This document shows positions 16,601 through 23,711 of a stretch of DNA of 23,711 nt, in pieces. How positions within the stretch are numbered: position 1 is the stretch's first letter; every line of letters starts with the position of its first letter. Where the stretch lies: positions 1 through 23,711 of the forward strand of contig CAYWXT010000065.1 of the NCBI GenBank assembly GCA_964462125.1. The letters are read 5' to 3'. This DNA is from an uncultured Pirellulaceae bacterium. GTDB taxonomy: Bacteria; Planctomycetota; Planctomycetia; Pirellulales; Pirellulaceae. Both the position numbers and the translations under genes were made by a program. The notes under the pieces are model-generated. The model made no database searches, was not told the DNA's origin, and saw only the letters and a list, made by a program, of their open reading frames with translations.

Positions 16601-18863
16601 CACGCCGGTTGCGCCGTTCGACAAGCTGCACCTTCCGCGATTCAAACGCCGCGTAGACATCGTCCCGCCGCTGAGCCAATTGAATGATGAAGTCATCAAA
16701 CTCGGCGAATCGGCCTTCCAGTTCCTCCAGTTGGACCATCACCTTGGTGAGGTACTCGTCGCACTTTTCCGGTGAGTCACAGACATCGAGATAACCGGAC
16801 GTGGTTTGCTCAAGCAGCCTGAGTTGCGAGGCGAATTCGGCCCTGCCTTCGACACTGACCAATTCGGTGATGCGACCCTTGAGTCCGCTCCGGACACGAT
16901 TGAGCGACGCAAAGACGTCACCGATGGCGTCGATGATCTCGGTTCGCTCGGTGGCATCGTCGATCCGCAAGTTGCTCACTGTCTCGGTCAGCAGCTCCAG
17001 TTGGGCGCCGGCCTCATCGATCTGGTCCTCCAGTTGCCGGGCCTCGGAAACGGTCTTCACCTCCCCGATCCGGCCGTCTGCTTGGGCAACCCGATCGCGG
17101 TAGGGGTCGAGCGCCCCGGGGGAAAGCAGGAAATCGACACAGCGATGACTGAGCCGCTGAGCCCGCTCCGCCGTCGTCTCCTCCAGCCGCTCGACCACTT
17201 CCGTGTCGACATACTTAAGTTCCCGGAGCCCCAGGGCGTGCCCGCGCTGCTCGCGCAGCTTTGCCAATGCCGACACAAAGTCGTCGATCGATTCAAACCG
17301 GCCGCGGTCAATCTGTTTGATCAGCTCATCGACGGCTGTTCGAACCGCCTCGGTCTTGGCTTCCGTGTCGCGCCGAATGCGGACGACCTTTTCGAATTCC
17401 TCGGTCGCCGACTCCGCGGTCTCGCGGATCTTTTGCAGCGGCTCACTGAGCCGTTCCGTTTCCGGCTTGTCGATCCAGAAGTAGCTGTCGAGAATATCCG
17501 CCGCCCGCTTGGCCAGATCGACGTACAAGCCGTCGTAGCTGTCGTCCTTCTCGACTAACTGCAGCAACTCACTGGATTCCGCCATGCACCGCACAATTTC
17601 CTTGTTGCCGATCTTGAACAGCAGCGAATCGGTTTGGTTTTCCGGGACATGGTCCAGGCTTACATAGGGTGTTTGCCAGATCTGGATCGCGTGGTGCTTC
17701 TGCGGCTCCTCCTGGGCGCGGAAGCAAACCATTTCGCCGCCGGAAAACAGCGTCTGTCCGTGGCAGATCAGCGGCGTATCGACACTTTGCCGGATCAGGT
17801 TGTAGCGGAGTTGGACGTAGGTGCCGGTGTCCGGGTTGTAAAACAGGTATAGGTAGTCTTCCCCGTTTGGCGCCGCGACGGTGCGTTGAAACCGCATGTC
17901 GCTCAAGCCGTGGTCGAAACGTTTGAAGTCGCCGGTTTGCAGGTAGTACCCACCGGGAAAGATCAAGCCTTGGTCCCCCGGCAGCATTACGCAGGCATGT
18001 TCGATTTCGTCCAGCCGCATCGCCTGGCCGAGCTTGCCGTTGTAAACCAAATAGCGGGTCGCCGACTCCTGATAGGGCCGGATCTTCAGCAGCACCAAAT
18101 TGCCGACGACGGCGTAGTGGATCTCGGCGTCATCGAGTGTCTGATCGGGATTATCAACGGGTTCGCTGTATATCCCTTCGCCGCTCTCGGTATTGTTTTC
18201 GATTTTGATCGAGAGATCACCGCCGACGGTTTCGACAAACACGCGGTCCTCGATCGAGACGTGCGGGTGGGATCCGTAGTGATGTTGATCTCGGGTCGTC
18301 CGTTTCCAGTGGAATTCGTGTTGCTCCGGATCGCGGACCTCATGTTCACTGCGGTTGTCGAGATATTCCAGATGATCAGCGGCGATCCGCCATTTGAACG
18401 ACTTGATATCACGGGGGGTGTTGCCGACGCTAAACACCATGTGCAGCATCGGCCCATCACGGAAGAAGCGGGCGAAGGTGGTGTGCTTGTAAAAGCGATA
18501 CAGTTCGTGGAAATCACTTTGGAAACGCTCGTCGCGAATCAGCTCGAGCGGTTCGCTGTGAAATTGCTGTGACTCAAAGCGGTATAGCGCGAACACGTCT
18601 TCGAGCTGAATGTCCGTCTTGAGTCCAAACTGGACGTTGTAGCCAAAGAGAAATCGCTCACCGACGGAAACGAGGTCACGGGGAATGCAGTTGTGCTCAG
18701 TCGTGACCCGTTCGGTCGCCAGCAACCGGGTTTCGACATTGCCGAAGACCTCGGAACGCTCGTCGTTGAGACGCTTGAGCCGTTTGCGCAGGTCGCCGGC
18801 GGCATCCCGCAAACGATGGCGAAGGACCTCATAGGTCCCGGCGGTGAGCTGCGGATCAGCCAT
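13614..18863 (-). CDS. giant (1749 aa) multidomain protein with C-terminal AAA+ P-loop ATPase module
   Basis: Walker A GYGKTT, encoded at 15036..15053 (minus-strand read GGCTATGGCAAGACGACG). Walker B hhhhDD is IYLDD, about 57 residues downstream. The region between them looks AAA+-like (VVFMKINGPAIG ... RVSVVMAGNPY). The N-terminal roughly 450 aa is aromatic-rich and probably beta-rich. The roughly 700 aa between it and the ATPase, and the final roughly 300 aa, are Glu/Arg/Leu-rich coiled coil. Confidence 0.85.
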   Translation of the reverse strand: MADPQLTAGTYEVLRHRLRDAAGDLRKRLKRLNDERSEVFGNVETRLLATERVTTEHNCIPRDLVSVGERFLFGYNVQFGLKTDIQLEDVFALYRFESQQFHSEPLELIRDERFQSDFHELYRFYKHTTFARFFRDGPMLHMVFSVGNTPRDIKSFKWRIAADHLEYLDNRSEHEVRDPEQHEFHWKRTTRDQHHYGSHPHVSIEDRVFVETVGGDLSIKIENNTESGEGIYSEPVDNPDQTLDDAEIHYAVVGNLVLLKIRPYQESATRYLVYNGKLGQAMRLDEIEHACVMLPGDQGLIFPGGYYLQTGDFKRFDHGLSDMRFQRTVAAPNGEDYLYLFYNPDTGTYVQLRYNLIRQSVDTPLICHGQTLFSGGEMVCFRAQEEPQKHHAIQIWQTPYVSLDHVPENQTDSLLFKIGNKEIVRCMAESSELLQLVEKDDSYDGLYVDLAKRAADILDSYFWIDKPETERLSEPLQKIRETAESATEEFEKVVRIRRDTEAKTEAVRTAVDELIKQIDRGRFESIDDFVSALAKLREQRGHALGLRELKYVDTEVVERLEETTAERAQRLSHRCVDFLLSPGALDPYRDRVAQADGRIGEVKTVSEARQLEDQIDEAGAQLELLTETVSNLRIDDATERTEIIDAIGDVFASLNRVRSGLKGRITELVSVEGRAEFASQLRLLEQTTSGYLDVCDSPEKCDEYLTKVMVQLEELEGRFAEFDDFIIQLAQRRDDVYAAFESRKVQLVERRNRRAESLAAAADRILKGIDTRVRSMESTDEIAAYFAGDLMVEKIRGIIGQLGELDDAVRVEDLQGRLKTIREDATLQLRDRQDLYEDGGELIRLGTQRFAVNTQPLDLTTVLRGDELCLHLTGTQYFQPLDDPALAEARELWNQELVSENGEVYRGEYLAVDLFEALRERGEAVDAKAVDAGWVQQRAGGRFDEGYAKGVHDHDAAAILRRLLEIDASIGLLRYPPDLRAASQLWFVKLLAAKERKTMTDWITGFAKLAKAYPDARPAREFHERLAELAGADQEQWGPLFGREVTSERIADYLFAQLISRPRTFIASGRAAKLWNAFVGAIPEVDRDRLLSTPLKHHEADPRRAFVLARNWAEAFLESETADDPVDPAIGYRDELAWLVLAEGVKNVRTVEAEVATTVNSLAGHHSRIRSGSMPIHYHELLGRVRHYRRNVVPRFRRLHEAKSRIVDRSREQMRLEEFKPRVLTSFVRNRLLDDVYLPMIGDNLAKQMGAAGENKRTDRMGLLLLISPPGYGKTTLMEYVANRLGVVFMKINGPAIGHGVTSLDPAEAPNAAAREEVQRLNLALEMGDNVMIYLDDIQHTHSEFLQKFISLCDATRKIEGVRDGKTRTYDLRGRRVSVVMAGNPYTESGHRFQIPDMLSNRADVYNLGEIIGNAADAFEMSYLENCLTSNPVLAPLSTAPPEDARAIILAAERDTLDGIELRSNLSVDQVREMFEVIRKLLRVRDVVLRVNRAYIRSAAQADEYRTEPPFKLQGSYRNMNRIAEKVAGVMNDAELQSLIVGSYEQDAQTLTTDNEANVLKFKELLGILTPEEQQRWDAIKYAYVESVRMSGMDSEDQAAQLMRQLASMRDGLESIRQVISRAIAVGKEAAEERMDARFDAVRQTLLASGERLAETMQAAGDQLERISERQAEPPADKPIVVQHKVPRVLADMIRGQFHLMQEWLQPILSESIDNGRDLERLAGQLDAMLERYRAVQDALSSHRPEEPS

Positions 18864-18932
18864 GGCGAATGCGACTGGGGGATTGGGACGACGGTGTGGA
18901 TGGAATGCAGCGTGCCTGGGCGGAACAATCCA

Positions 18933-20972
18933 TCACGCTTGCTTGCCGTTGCCCGCGGCGGCTGTCGCGTTCAGCAGACGCCCGGCCTTTTCATCCACGA
19001 TGTTGGCGGTCCCGGCCATGTTCAACAAGCTCGCCAACTGGCTGCGGACGTCATCGGTGTTCGCCATTCCCATCATCTTGGCGATCAGCGCCGCGATCGA
19101 CAGGTCCTTGACGCCATCGGTGTCGAGGTTGAACTGGTGGATCAATTCCGCGAGTTGCTCGCGGAAGTATTCCGCGTTGCCGTCGAAGAAGGTGTCTTTG
19201 ATGTCGGTGGCGACCTTGCTGTTGTAGACGAACCGGTCGATCGCCTTGCCCCCTTTGACCGCCGAGGTGATCTGATCGAAGAACTCGCCGTCGCCGCCGA
19301 CGATATCGATGCGGGCACTTCGGAGTGCATCGCCGACCACGCCCGCCTGGCTTTCGGCGATCCCGCGTTGCGCATCGATCGCCGCGATTTCGACGTCCTT
19401 GTCTTTCTCGAGCCGGATCTTGAACTCCTCGTGGTCCTTGCCGACGCCGTCGAGTTGCTTCATCGCCTCGGCCTTTTCCGTGATGCCGACCGCCTCGCTG
19501 TGGTACTTCTCGCGCGTGACATTCGCTTCGGCCATTCCTTCTTTTTCGAGCGCGTCGGCCTTGGCCTCCTGGACCTGGGCCTCGGCCAGTCCCGTCGCGG
19601 CGGTCTGAGCGGTTTCGGCTTCGGCCAGCATCTTCGTCGCGGCGGTTTCTTTCTCGGCCGCGTCCCGGTTGGCCTCGGCCTCGATGCGAATCTTTTCGGC
19701 GAGCAGTTCGCTGGCCTCCTTTTCGGCCTGGGCCAGTTTCGTCTGGCGGATTCGCTCCTCCTCTGCCTTCGCCTCGGCGGCGACCACCTGAACCCTCTTT
19801 TGGCGATCCGCGCCGGCAAATTCTTCGGTGTCCTTGATCCGCTCCTGTTCCTCAACGACCGACCGTTCGACGGCGACTCGTTCGCGGATCACCTCCTGGA
19901 TGTTTCGCTTTTCGACCTCGATCGCCTTGTCCTTTTCGACGTCGGCGACGCCGACGACACGGAGCCGTTCGGTCGCTTCCAGGTCGCGGTCCCGGACCAC
20001 CCGTTCCTGCTCGACCCCGTCGGTCTTTTCCTTGTTCCGCTGGGCGACCAGGATCTGTCGGTCCATGTTTTCTTCGGCCACCCCGATCTCTTCCTGGGTG
20101 ACGATGCGGGCCCGTTCCCGTTCGAGCCGCTGTTCTTCCTCGACCTTGGCGGAGGCGGCGCGTTCGCGGGCGGAGATTTCGGCGATCTCGCGCTGTTGCT
20201 TCTCCACCGCCTGGACCCGCTGCCGCTCCAACTCCAGGATCGTTTCTTCTGCCTCGACATCCTGCTTTTTGAGAACCTTTTCCTTGTCGCGGGTGAATTG
20301 GTTCTCTTTGACCTTTTCGGTTGCGGTCAACTCGGTGATCTTCTTGATCCCTTCCGCGTCCAGGATGTTGGACGGGCTGAGCATCTCCAGCGGTGTCTGT
20401 TCGAGGTAATCGATCGCCGCGTCGTCAAGCCGGTATCCGTTGAGGTCGGTTCCGATGACCTTCAGGATCTCGTCCTTGAATTTATCGCGCTGGTCATAAA
20501 GGTCGACAAAGTCAAAGTGTTTGCCGACGGTCTTGAGGGCCTCGCTGAACTTGGCGTCGAACAGTTCCCGGAGCGTATCGATTTGGCTGCAGCGTTTGGC
20601 CCCGATCGACTGAGCGACCTCCTTGACCTCTTCCATCGATTTGTCGACGCGGACGAAGAAGGCGACCTTGATGTCGGCGCGAATGTTATCGCGACAGATC
20701 AAGCCCTCGGCGCCCTGGCGATGGATCTCGAAGCTCTTGAGCGTCAGATCCATGAATTCGTACTGATGGACCATCGGCACGACCCACATGCCGTCGCCGG
20801 AAGCGACGCGGAGTCCGCCGCTGCCGGAGCGGACGATCGCCTCGTCGGGTCCCACTTTGATATAGAACCGCTTGTAGGCGATGACAACGCCAAGCAGTGC
20901 GATCAGAAACAGGGCGATGACGAGCAGGCCGAAGTCCGCGAGGAGCGAATCGGTGATCATCTGGGCGATCAT
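18933..20972 (-). CDS. flotillin-like SPFH/band-7 protein (YqiK-type)
   Basis: An N-terminal TM helix (LLVIALFLIALLGVVIAY) is followed by an SPFH core (KVGPDEAIVRSGSGG...LTLKSFEI...DIKVAFFVRV). A long EA-rich coiled-coil flotillin domain comes next (EAKAEEERIRQTKLAQAEKEASELLAEK...). The start ATG overlaps the stop of the upstream NfeD-like gene in an ATGA. Confidence 0.9.
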   Translation of the reverse strand: MIAQMITDSLLADFGLLVIALFLIALLGVVIAYKRFYIKVGPDEAIVRSGSGGLRVASGDGMWVVPMVHQYEFMDLTLKSFEIHRQGAEGLICRDNIRADIKVAFFVRVDKSMEEVKEVAQSIGAKRCSQIDTLRELFDAKFSEALKTVGKHFDFVDLYDQRDKFKDEILKVIGTDLNGYRLDDAAIDYLEQTPLEMLSPSNILDAEGIKKITELTATEKVKENQFTRDKEKVLKKQDVEAEETILELERQRVQAVEKQQREIAEISARERAASAKVEEEQRLERERARIVTQEEIGVAEENMDRQILVAQRNKEKTDGVEQERVVRDRDLEATERLRVVGVADVEKDKAIEVEKRNIQEVIRERVAVERSVVEEQERIKDTEEFAGADRQKRVQVVAAEAKAEEERIRQTKLAQAEKEASELLAEKIRIEAEANRDAAEKETAATKMLAEAETAQTAATGLAEAQVQEAKADALEKEGMAEANVTREKYHSEAVGITEKAEAMKQLDGVGKDHEEFKIRLEKDKDVEIAAIDAQRGIAESQAGVVGDALRSARIDIVGGDGEFFDQITSAVKGGKAIDRFVYNSKVATDIKDTFFDGNAEYFREQLAELIHQFNLDTDGVKDLSIAALIAKMMGMANTDDVRSQLASLLNMAGTANIVDEKAGRLLNATAAAGNGKQA

Positions 20973-21673
20973 GGGTCTACCTTTGGGGCCGCAACAACCT
21001 TATAGACACGGCTGTCCGCGTCGTAAGCAACGATTTCGACGCGCGTGCCTTTGGGAAGGCATTCGCCGTCGGTCCGAATATTCAGGAGCAGCGGGGCCGC
21101 GTCGGTCGCGAAATTCGCCTGGCCGTACGACCGGTCGACCTCGCCGCTGGAAACGGTACAGGTGCGCCCAATCAGATCACCGGGTCCATACGTCTCGGCA
21201 GGTATAAAAATCCGATTGAGGGGCGCTGTCAAAAATTTTGTAATCCCGATTGCAATGACCCCGTTTCTGATCGCCAACAGCGAACTCGTCATCAACGTCG
21301 GCTCGTAGCGGCGGGTGTCGAAGCCGTACCAGAGGCCATAGGACAAAGCCCAGTAGATGACGATGAAGACCGCCAGCCAGAGGATCAACGGCAACCGTTC
21401 CAGATTCATCCACCGCAGCGTCGCCGCTCCAATGCCCCCCAGCAGTCCGCCATGGTTCGTCGTCTCGGGACTGAGATCCGTCTCCAGATCAAACAAGTCC
21501 CCGATTCCGGTACCGAAGTCGATCAACCCCAGCACCGCGATGAGCACATAGGCCACCAGCAAGCCGACCAAAACCGACGCCGGCCACACCGGACCGACGA
21601 AAATCTGCTCGATGAACTCGGTAAATCGCTGGCTCACGCGAACAAATCCGAACAAATGAGGAGGGCGGTTCAA
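20969..21673 (-). CDS. NfeD/YqiJ-like membrane protein (SPFH partner) with C-terminal OB-fold
   Basis: Three hydrophobic TM segments are followed by a beta-rich C-terminus (LIGRTCTVSSGEVDRSYGQANF...LPKGTRVEIVAYDADSRVYKVV) resembling NfeD OB domains. It sits immediately upstream of, and is translationally coupled to, the flotillin gene, as in yqiJ-yqiK-type operons. Confidence 0.7.
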   Translation of the reverse strand: MNRPPHLFGFVRVSQRFTEFIEQIFVGPVWPASVLVGLLVAYVLIAVLGLIDFGTGIGDLFDLETDLSPETTNHGGLLGGIGAATLRWMNLERLPLILWLAVFIVIYWALSYGLWYGFDTRRYEPTLMTSSLLAIRNGVIAIGITKFLTAPLNRIFIPAETYGPGDLIGRTCTVSSGEVDRSYGQANFATDAAPLLLNIRTDGECLPKGTRVEIVAYDADSRVYKVVAAPKVDP

Positions 21674-21917
21674 TCAACCGCAGTTCACTAGCTTATCGCC
21701 AGGGCCCGGAAAAATCCGCAACAGGGCGCCCGATTGGCGAAAAAAATTGCCACGGCGCCAGTAGCCGATCGGGCGTCGGTGCGACGGGGCGGGAGAGCTT
21801 GGCTGCTGGAAAGTATGGCTGGATCGCTTTTAGCGGCTGGGAGCGTCGAACGAGCGGCGTGGCGATCTTCGTCGACTTTGACGTTCGATCGGCTGGGGGA
21901 ACCGGTGCGGGTTGCCG

Positions 21918-23573
21918 ATGTCGGAGGGTAGCACCCGGGATGTAGGTGCCGGCCGTCGTGAGTCGACCCTCCGCGTCGATGTCACGAATCGTTTCGGCCA
22001 AGGTAGTGGCACGGATCGCCTCCACACGACACCACTCCAAGAAGCGAAGCCGAGCGTGTCCAAGACGATCCCGAGCTATTTGCGTATTCATCGCGGCCCC
22101 CGCCGCGAAGCTTCCCAGAACCCAACGGCGGCGTCCGACGGGTTGCAGCAGTTCTGGCAGGCCTACACCGAGGCGACCGGCTGGCGGGTCGATACTCGCC
22201 GAGTTCGCCGCGGTGTCGATCTGACGCTTCTGCCAGCGGTCGTGACCGATGGGATGAGCGGCGCCGACGATCTCGATGCGGTGCCGCCGGTCAGCCGGTC
22301 GAGCGCCGCCCAACTGGCTCGCGCCGCAACCGTGCTGGCGAAGCAACTGCATCGTTCGCAAGAGGCCATTCGGCGGCAGGAAGCAGAATTGGCGACACGG
22401 GCCGCGGTGATCGCCAGCGACGAGGATCGCGCCGACCTGGCGAGCCGCCTGGAGGCGATCCTGCGTGATGCGGCAACGGCCTGCCGATGCGATGCGGCGG
22501 CGCTGTACCTGCTCGATGACGACACCCGCTATTTGACGACCCGAGCGGTCTCTGGGCTGCCGGCCGACCGCTTGGGCGCCGCGCCCCGAGAACTGCGTGG
22601 CAGCCGCGCTGATCTGGAAGCGCTGGTCCAGGAAGTCGTCCTGATCGACGAGGCGACCGCCGGGGGAATCGATAGCTGGCAGTTCCCGGAGCCTTTCCCC
22701 GCTGGGGTCTGTGCCTCGGTCAATGAAGGGGATTTGCCGATCGGGACGTTGTGGTTGTTTTCGAACACACCGCAGTCGTTTGCTGAGCCAGAGCGAGCCG
22801 CAGCGCGAATGGCTTCATCGCACGTGGCAACAGAAATCGCCCGGGCAGCGGCCACGACGAACCGGCTCGACGTCAACACGGCCCGGGTGGCGATCGGGGA
22901 CGCGGCCCAGTGGCAGTACCGCACGTTGCCCGTTTCCTCCGAATTGGCTCCAGGCTGGACCGCTGACGGGATGATCGAATCGAACCAGGAGTGGGCGATC
23001 GGCTGGCATACCTGGGACGTGCTGCCCGACGGCAGCCTGGTGTTCGCGCTCGCTGAAGCGGTGGACCGTTCGATGGCCGGCGGCATGGCGGCCGCCATCG
23101 CCCGCGCGGCCCTGACGGCACACTGCGGCTATCGACACACGCCGAAACAGTTGATCCAAAGGGTCGGCGATACCCTTTGGCAATCGAACTCCGGTGACCA
23201 ACTGCTCTCGCTGTTGTACGCCCGCGTCGATCCTGAAACGGGAGACGGGCAAATCGCGACGGCGGGCAAGACTCAAACAATGATCGCCAGCCGTTACGGC
23301 TACCGGCCCCTGGCCGACGGACGTAGCGAGCCACTGGGGACGCATATCGATACCCGCCCCGCTGTCGAATCGTTTCGCCTTCTGCCCGGCGAAGCGCTGC
23401 TGGCCTATGGCGACGGCCTGGTGGCCGACGGCGCGAACCAACAACTACTCGGCGAAGCCCTCCGCGGAGCCATCCGACTCGGAAGCCAAAGCCCCCTCGC
23501 CGCAATCCGCCGTGTACTCGCCGACCGCCCGCTGAGGCACGAGCGAGGGGCAGGAGCGCTGGTGCGGGAGTAG
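21918..23573 (+). CDS. GAF-domain PP2C-type (SpoIIE/RsbU-like) serine phosphatase
   Basis: The central region ALYLLDDDTRYLTTRAVSGL...VVLIDEATAGG is GAF-like. The C-terminal region IGWHTWDVLPDGSLVFALAEAVDRSMAGGMAAAIA ... LLAYGDGLVADG matches the SpoIIE/PPM metal-binding GD.Y.D and TDG blocks. The start is uncertain, with a TTG at 21912 and an ATG at 21918. The first roughly 100 codons are Arg-rich and may not be coding. Confidence 0.65.
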   Translation: MSEGSTRDVGAGRRESTLRVDVTNRFGQGSGTDRLHTTPLQEAKPSVSKTIPSYLRIHRGPRREASQNPTAASDGLQQFWQAYTEATGWRVDTRRVRRGVDLTLLPAVVTDGMSGADDLDAVPPVSRSSAAQLARAATVLAKQLHRSQEAIRRQEAELATRAAVIASDEDRADLASRLEAILRDAATACRCDAAALYLLDDDTRYLTTRAVSGLPADRLGAAPRELRGSRADLEALVQEVVLIDEATAGGIDSWQFPEPFPAGVCASVNEGDLPIGTLWLFSNTPQSFAEPERAAARMASSHVATEIARAAATTNRLDVNTARVAIGDAAQWQYRTLPVSSELAPGWTADGMIESNQEWAIGWHTWDVLPDGSLVFALAEAVDRSMAGGMAAAIARAALTAHCGYRHTPKQLIQRVGDTLWQSNSGDQLLSLLYARVDPETGDGQIATAGKTQTMIASRYGYRPLADGRSEPLGTHIDTRPAVESFRLLPGEALLAYGDGLVADGANQQLLGEALRGAIRLGSQSPLAAIRRVLADRPLRHERGAGALVRE

Positions 23574-23711
23574 TTGTCGGGTTTCGGGTTTCAGGTTTCG
23601 GGTTTCAGGTTTCAGGTTTCGGGTTTCAGGTTTCGGGTTTCAGGTTTCGGGTTTCAGGTTTCGGGTTTCGGGTTTCGGGTTTCGGGTTTCGGGTTTCGGG
23701 TTTCGGGTTTC
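23574..23711. repeat. heptanucleotide tandem repeat (GTTTCRG)n, at least 19 units, truncated by the window edge
   Basis: Starts right after the TAG stop at 23571..23573. It alternates GTTTCGG and GTTTCAG for about 5 double units, then runs as pure GTTTCGG for at least 7 units to the end of the window. The unit length of 7 is incompatible with coding. Confidence 0.95.

Noticed and set aside
15693-18572. Series of 228 to 360-aa plus-strand ORFs (15693..16775, 16806..17558, 17886..18572) inside the giant gene
   Set aside because: They are antisense to a continuous 5.2-kb ORF that carries Walker A/B motifs. They are fragmented and low-complexity.
18693-21005. 770-aa plus-strand ORF spanning the flotillin locus
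   Set aside because: It is antisense to a flotillin gene with a clear SPFH core and EA-rich coiled coil. The translated product is Leu/Gly/Asp/Phe-rich with no motifs, which is the mirror image of EA-rich codons.
21693-22361. 222-aa minus-strand ORF overlapping the start of the phosphatase gene
   Set aside because: It is Arg/Ala/Pro-rich with no motifs. Accepting it would extend the minus-strand operon through its own promoter region. It is more likely antisense noise, though the true 5' end of the phosphatase gene remains uncertain.
1-23711. Searched for CRISPR arrays, tRNA/rRNA genes, and transposase or integrase genes
   Set aside because: There are no regularly spaced direct repeats with unique spacers. 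The only tandem arrays are the 21-bp and 7-bp repeats. No cloverleaf-like tRNA candidates or rRNA-like stretches were seen. No protein has DDE, tyrosine-recombinase or serine-recombinase motifs. This assessment was made by eye only.

Overview
This is a GC-rich (about 65%) bacterial chromosomal segment. It is very likely from Planctomycetota, because it encodes a DUF1559 protein with the prepilin-type N-terminal methylation motif and the C-terminal H-X9-DG signature that is a hallmark of that phylum. Most of the window is ordinary housekeeping: a Na/Pi cotransporter with a PhoU-like tail, an IscS/NifS-like PLP enzyme, LysA-like diaminopimelate decarboxylase, an S26 signal peptidase I homologue, FabH, a TatD-family hydrolase, a HEAT-repeat protein, and several hypotheticals. 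No transposase, integrase, CRISPR array, tRNA or rRNA is visible. The region most worth a second look is an 8-kb minus-strand operon at 13614..21673. It encodes a NfeD/YqiJ-like membrane protein, then a flotillin (SPFH/band-7) protein whose start overlaps the upstream stop in an ATGA, then a 1749-aa giant protein. The giant protein has an AAA+ P-loop module near its C-terminus, with Walker A GYGKTT and Walker B IYLDD, an aromatic-rich N-terminal domain of about 450 aa, and long coiled coils. A GAF plus PP2C/SpoIIE-type phosphatase gene sits divergently across a roughly 240-bp intergenic region. The window also contains two copies of an intergenic palindromic repeat at the 3' ends of genes, one of which is a perfect cruciform flanked by A and T runs. 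Other notable items are an IscS-like protein that has lost the catalytic cysteine loop and a signal peptidase with an inserted CxxC...CxxC ribbon and a lipobox. There is a 21-bp tandem repeat in the FabH leader. A telomere-like heptamer array (GTTTCRG, at least 19 units) runs off the 3' edge of the window. All calls rest on reading motifs by eye. No database search was run, and start codons are uncertain in this high-GC context because the ORF track reports TTG and GTG starts as M.
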